NCBI GenBank assembly: GCA_963663805.2
Contig: CAXXMR010000013.1
Span: 160,001-224,000, forward strand
Direction: 5' to 3'
Source of the DNA: Sedimentisphaerales bacterium
GTDB lineage: Bacteria > Planctomycetota > Phycisphaerae > Sedimentisphaerales > SM23-30
Length of the DNA stretch: 64,000 nt
Part shown: positions 60,726 through 64,000 of the stretch, in pieces
How the letters are laid out: each line of letters opens with the position of its first letter
Position numbering within the stretch: position 1 is the stretch's first letter
Program-made: the position numbers and the translations under genes
Notes under the pieces: model-generated
Database searches by the model: none
What the model was told of the DNA's origin: nothing
Seen by the model: the letters and a program-made list of their open reading frames with translations, nothing else

Positions 60726-61327
60726 AATTCATCACCCGCATTCTCCTGCAGAATAGCCAGTTTACGGTAGGCGCTCAGATAATTCTGGGCGTTCTCCGGC
60801 AGAACCAGACGCAGCCGGGAGATGTCCTGCCACAGCTTCACCCGTTCCTCACGCTGGTCACTGTATAATTGATCCAGACGCTTATTGAGGGCATATTCGA
60901 CCTTGGCATCGGCCGGTCCATGATAAGCTTCATGCTCGTGAAAACTGTTGATAGCCGCGCATTTGGACAACTCCAGGCCATACATATTCTCCCGATAGAT
61001 TTCCCGGCGATGCCGTACCTGGTCAATCAGGTCATCCAGTCCCAGCCAGGCGGTATGGCTTTTATCGGTCAATAAGGCGGTTTCATTGTCGCCGCGAGGA
61101 GTGGCCAGATACCCTCGTTCGATTACCTGTTCCACTGTCTGCAGGTGCGGAAAATACTTTCTGACGTGCCCCAAACTCGAGAAATCGTATACATTCGAGG
61201 TGCCGGAATCAGTAATTACCGGTTCATTTTTTCCCGGCCAGAGGTACAGATAGTGCAGTCCGGCAGCGTAAAAATAGGGAACATAACTGCCGCGATCCTG
61301 GTGCCGAAAAGGTTTGCTGGGGTTCAT
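60722..61327 (-). CDS. hypothetical protein
   Basis: ATGA overlap with the ATPase gene; helical C-terminal half. Confidence 0.7.
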   Translation of the reverse strand: MNPSKPFRHQDRGSYVPYFYAAGLHYLYLWPGKNEPVITDSGTSNVYDFSSLGHVRKYFPHLQTVEQVIERGYLATPRGDNETALLTDKSHTAWLGLDDLIDQVRHRREIYRENMYGLELSKCAAINSFHEHEAYHGPADAKVEYALNKRLDQLYSDQREERVKLWQDISRLRLVLPENAQNYLSAYRKLAILQENAGDEL

Positions 61328-61482
61328 TTTATTATCAGATTGAATATCTCCTCAGCGGTAGTAAACCCGGCAGCATTTATAAAACTTTCGCTTGCTGTCG
61401 CTACTTTCGAGGGTAAACAGTCGTTCAGGCAGCGCAATATTTATAAATCCAAAGGCATTCATTTCTGCCGAGGTGATCTATT

Positions 61483-61662
61483 ATGAACCGCAAAGAAATA
61501 TTACTCAAAAATATCCGCCGCAAAGCCCATAAAGAAGCTGCCTTACTGGCCGGTGAATTCGCCCGGGCGGCCTCTGTAGAAAGAGAAGAAATCCTCGCCG
61601 CCCTGGAAACCGAGCAATGGCTGGCCCAAGCGACGGCGGATTGCCTGGAGATTTTTTGTTAA
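61483..61662 (+). CDS. 59-aa helical protein, missing from the ORF track
   Basis: GAGGTGA RBS; MNRKEILLKNIRRKAHKEAAYLAGEFARAASVEREEILAALETEQWLAQATADCLEIFC*. Confidence 0.6.
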   Translation: MNRKEILLKNIRRKAHKEAALLAGEFARAASVEREEILAALETEQWLAQATADCLEIFC

Positions 61663-62134
61663 TATAGGCAGTTTTTCAGACTCGGACTCCGGCTCGGATT
61701 CTTACTCCTTTTACTATAGTCCCAACTCTTTTCCTCACCTAACTCCTTATTCCATATAACCTTTTCAGACTACTACCTTCCCAAGTCCCACTCTATCACT
61801 ATTCCTTTCAACTAAACATCTGCCCCTACTGTTTGTACTCTGACCTATTCCTTATATTCATTCTCTATTCTTTCTATTTTTCCCTCTTTTTCTGCCCCGG
61901 GCCTCGACCATCGGGAGAGGACCGGACGGTGACTGGAGCGTCAGCGTAAGTCGCCCAAGTGCCTCCTGGCACTTCCGCCCGTTCTCACCTGTCGTCAATC
62001 ACCTGTTCACCCTGCAACACCTCCGGCATCATATATTCCCCGCATCCCCATGACTACATCCTTCCTAGACCCCAAGACCCAAATGAATCGAAATAAAACG
62101 AAATCGGGCCTCTTTTAGGCCCTGAAACTAAAAT

Positions 62135-62713
62135 CTAATGACTCGCCAGCCACTGCTTTGCCATGTTCACCTTACGTACCCAGCCGGCCTTCTTGATCCT
62201 GGCAATTTCAACCTGCAATCGCTTCGCTCTCAGGTAATACCTGGCCAACCACTGCATATCGTCATTGATGATATGATCTGCATGGATAATCCCCATCCGC
62301 AGATATTTGAGCACCAGATATTTGCTCCTGCCCGATATGCGTTCCCGCACAATATCGAACATGATCAATACATCCCGAAGCTCTTCTCTGAGTTTTTCCA
62401 CCTTGTACCTGGCCTTATCGAATTCGGGCCGATATCGTTCAAAATCAACCGTTCCAAAGGCACCCCAGTCCAACCCGCCGTTTTCATCACGAACGGGATT
62501 GAAAGTTTGCTTCATACCCTGAAACGGTAATGCCAGTATCGGCCCCCATTCCTGCCTCATGACCTGCCTTTCCAGCTCCACAGGATCAGCTAGCTCCTGA
62601 TCTTCCAAACCTGCCACATGACCATACCGGTCTTTAGATTCAAGCTTTAGAATCGCAGCTGCCGGTACACCATCTGCACCTATTCCGTTATCGAAATCTG
62701 TTTTATATGACAT
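62135..62713 (-). CDS. hypothetical protein
   Basis: GGAGG RBS before MSYKTD. Confidence 0.65.
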   Translation of the reverse strand: MSYKTDFDNGIGADGVPAAAILKLESKDRYGHVAGLEDQELADPVELERQVMRQEWGPILALPFQGMKQTFNPVRDENGGLDWGAFGTVDFERYRPEFDKARYKVEKLREELRDVLIMFDIVRERISGRSKYLVLKYLRMGIIHADHIINDDMQWLARYYLRAKRLQVEIARIKKAGWVRKVNMAKQWLASH

Positions 62714-62997
62714 TTTCGTCCCTCCGAGTATCCCCGCTCTTTCAGGCGGTTCGCTCACCCTCTGGCGAACCGCCGTTCCCAACCATACTTCACGCGAAGG
62801 CCCTCAAAGCGGACCCCTCGATAAAGTTTTCGGTCTCGGACCGAAAGCTTTACGATAAGGGGGCTGCGCCGGCCGCAACATATCAACTCTCTGGTATTTT
62901 CAATATTTTATGTCACCTTTCATCTGTTAATTAACTCAAAGACTCATATCGACGTAATATCACGCTTTCATACAATAAGAATGATATCTATAATTGT

Positions 62998-64000
62998 CTA
63001 TAAATATTCCTCCTTCGCCTGCGATGTTTCCCTAAGGGGCTGATCCGTCAAGAATTCCAATCGACCGCATTGATACAAAGCCTTAAATAATTCATAATCA
63101 AACTCAAACCTCATTTTGATTAATTTTTTGACTAATTCCTCACTGCTATTTTTCACTAATCTCAACAGACATGTATTAAATGAAAATTGAAGACCATCGT
63201 CTATGCGATCACGTTTATCAACCAGCATCTCGACGATTCGACTATCTACCCTATCCTGTAATTCTTCGAGTATGCATAATGCAGAAAGACAAACATGATC
63301 CGTACTATCACCAACTGCATCAACTATTCTTTCGATGGTTTTATAATCTATTATATTTTTTAAGCGTCTGAGAATTTGAATAGCGGCACTACGAACTTGT
63401 GGATTATTGCTATTAAGCTTATCAGCAACCTTATTAAAGATTTCATCATCTACCTGATTCTGAAACAAAACAGATGCCATTACTACGGCACCGCGAACGT
63501 AGCTATCTTCGTCTTCGATCCTATCAACAATCTTACCAATAACCGCGACGTCCAGTTTGTCGTGAAGTTTTGCCAACGTATTAATGGCTGATTGGCGAAT
63601 ACATTCATTTTCATTCTCAAGTTCACAAACTAACTTTTCTATAGTTGCACCTTTCAATTCGCCCTGTGAATTGCCAAGCATCTCAATTGCCCAAAAATAC
63701 AAACCGTCAGTTCTATCACAAAAAATCTTCTCAACTAGCCTGATATCAATCTTATTTCCCAAACATTCAAGGGCCGATATTACGGAAAAAGTGATATAAG
63801 AATTGTCAACATTTAATTTATTAATTATCATTTCGATAATCTTGTGATCCACTTTATCGTGTAAATGACCAAGAGCTTCAATGGCAAAACAGCAAACTTC
63901 AGGATCGTCATTTTTGAGTCGATCAACCATAGTTTCAATGATATTACAATCCACCTTGTCTTGCATAAGGCCAAGAACTTTAACTGCTGCATGTCGCACA
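62998..64000 (-). CDS. HEAT-repeat protein, 3' part only (runs off the window)
   Basis: Repeats such as LKNDDPEVCCFAIEALG and IEDEDSYVRGAVV; C-terminus ALYQCGRLEFL. Confidence 0.85.
   Translation of the reverse strand, partial: VRHAAVKVLGLMQDKVDCNIIETMVDRLKNDDPEVCCFAIEALGHLHDKVDHKIIEMIINKLNVDNSYITFSVISALECLGNKIDIRLVEKIFCDRTDGLYFWAIEMLGNSQGELKGATIEKLVCELENENECIRQSAINTLAKLHDKLDVAVIGKIVDRIEDEDSYVRGAVVMASVLFQNQVDDEIFNKVADKLNSNNPQVRSAAIQILRRLKNIIDYKTIERIVDAVGDSTDHVCLSALCILEELQDRVDSRIVEMLVDKRDRIDDGLQFSFNTCLLRLVKNSSEELVKKLIKMRFEFDYELFKALYQCGRLEFLTDQPLRETSQAKEEYL

Noticed and set aside
1..64000. tRNA, rRNA, integrase or att site
   Set aside because: None recognised by eye; tRNAscan-SE and a direct-repeat search would be needed to exclude them.

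Overview
Accessory, mosaic bacterial region. The host is probably a planctomycete of the Phycisphaerae type, inferred only from dockerin-like C-termini and planctomycete-style motifs. I saw no rRNA, tRNA or CRISPR array. From left to right: (1) 0-7 kb, a minus-strand cluster of TPR lipoprotein, secreted coiled-coil proteins, a minimal ExbB/ExbD/TonB-like motor and a soluble FtsK-family ATPase. (2) 9.3-19.2 kb, a tightly coupled operon livH-livM-livG-livF-livK-[truncated alanyl-tRNA synthetase paralogue]-soluble histidine kinase-sigma54 activator. It has a sigma54 promoter set back-to-back with a near-identical one that points at a small protein of three Cys-rich repeats. (3) 22-33 kb, an internally deleted IS21, a NACHT-HEAT repeat gene split by an IS701-like element, and a large secreted hydrolase with 612-bp tandem repeats. 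(4) 33.9-43.7 kb, an excisionase-like gene and a MORC/MutL-Z1-DUF4420-AIPR (Mza-like) defence cluster with a C5 methylase and Vsr. (5) Intact IS21 and IS1380-family elements. (6) 48.7-62.9 kb, an element-like backbone with a ubiquitin-like protein/E2/JAB/E1 operon, a DUF2958 protein, an archaeal-type Orc1/Cdc6 initiator preceded by ORB-like boxes around an AT-rich tract, and a HerA-like ATPase-nuclease. (7) A second HEAT-repeat gene cut by the right edge. The best candidates for undescribed systems are the AlaRS-paralogue/sigma54 circuit, the Cdc6-ORB module in a bacterial element, and the Ubl conjugation operon. All family calls come from motif recognition by eye, not database searches.
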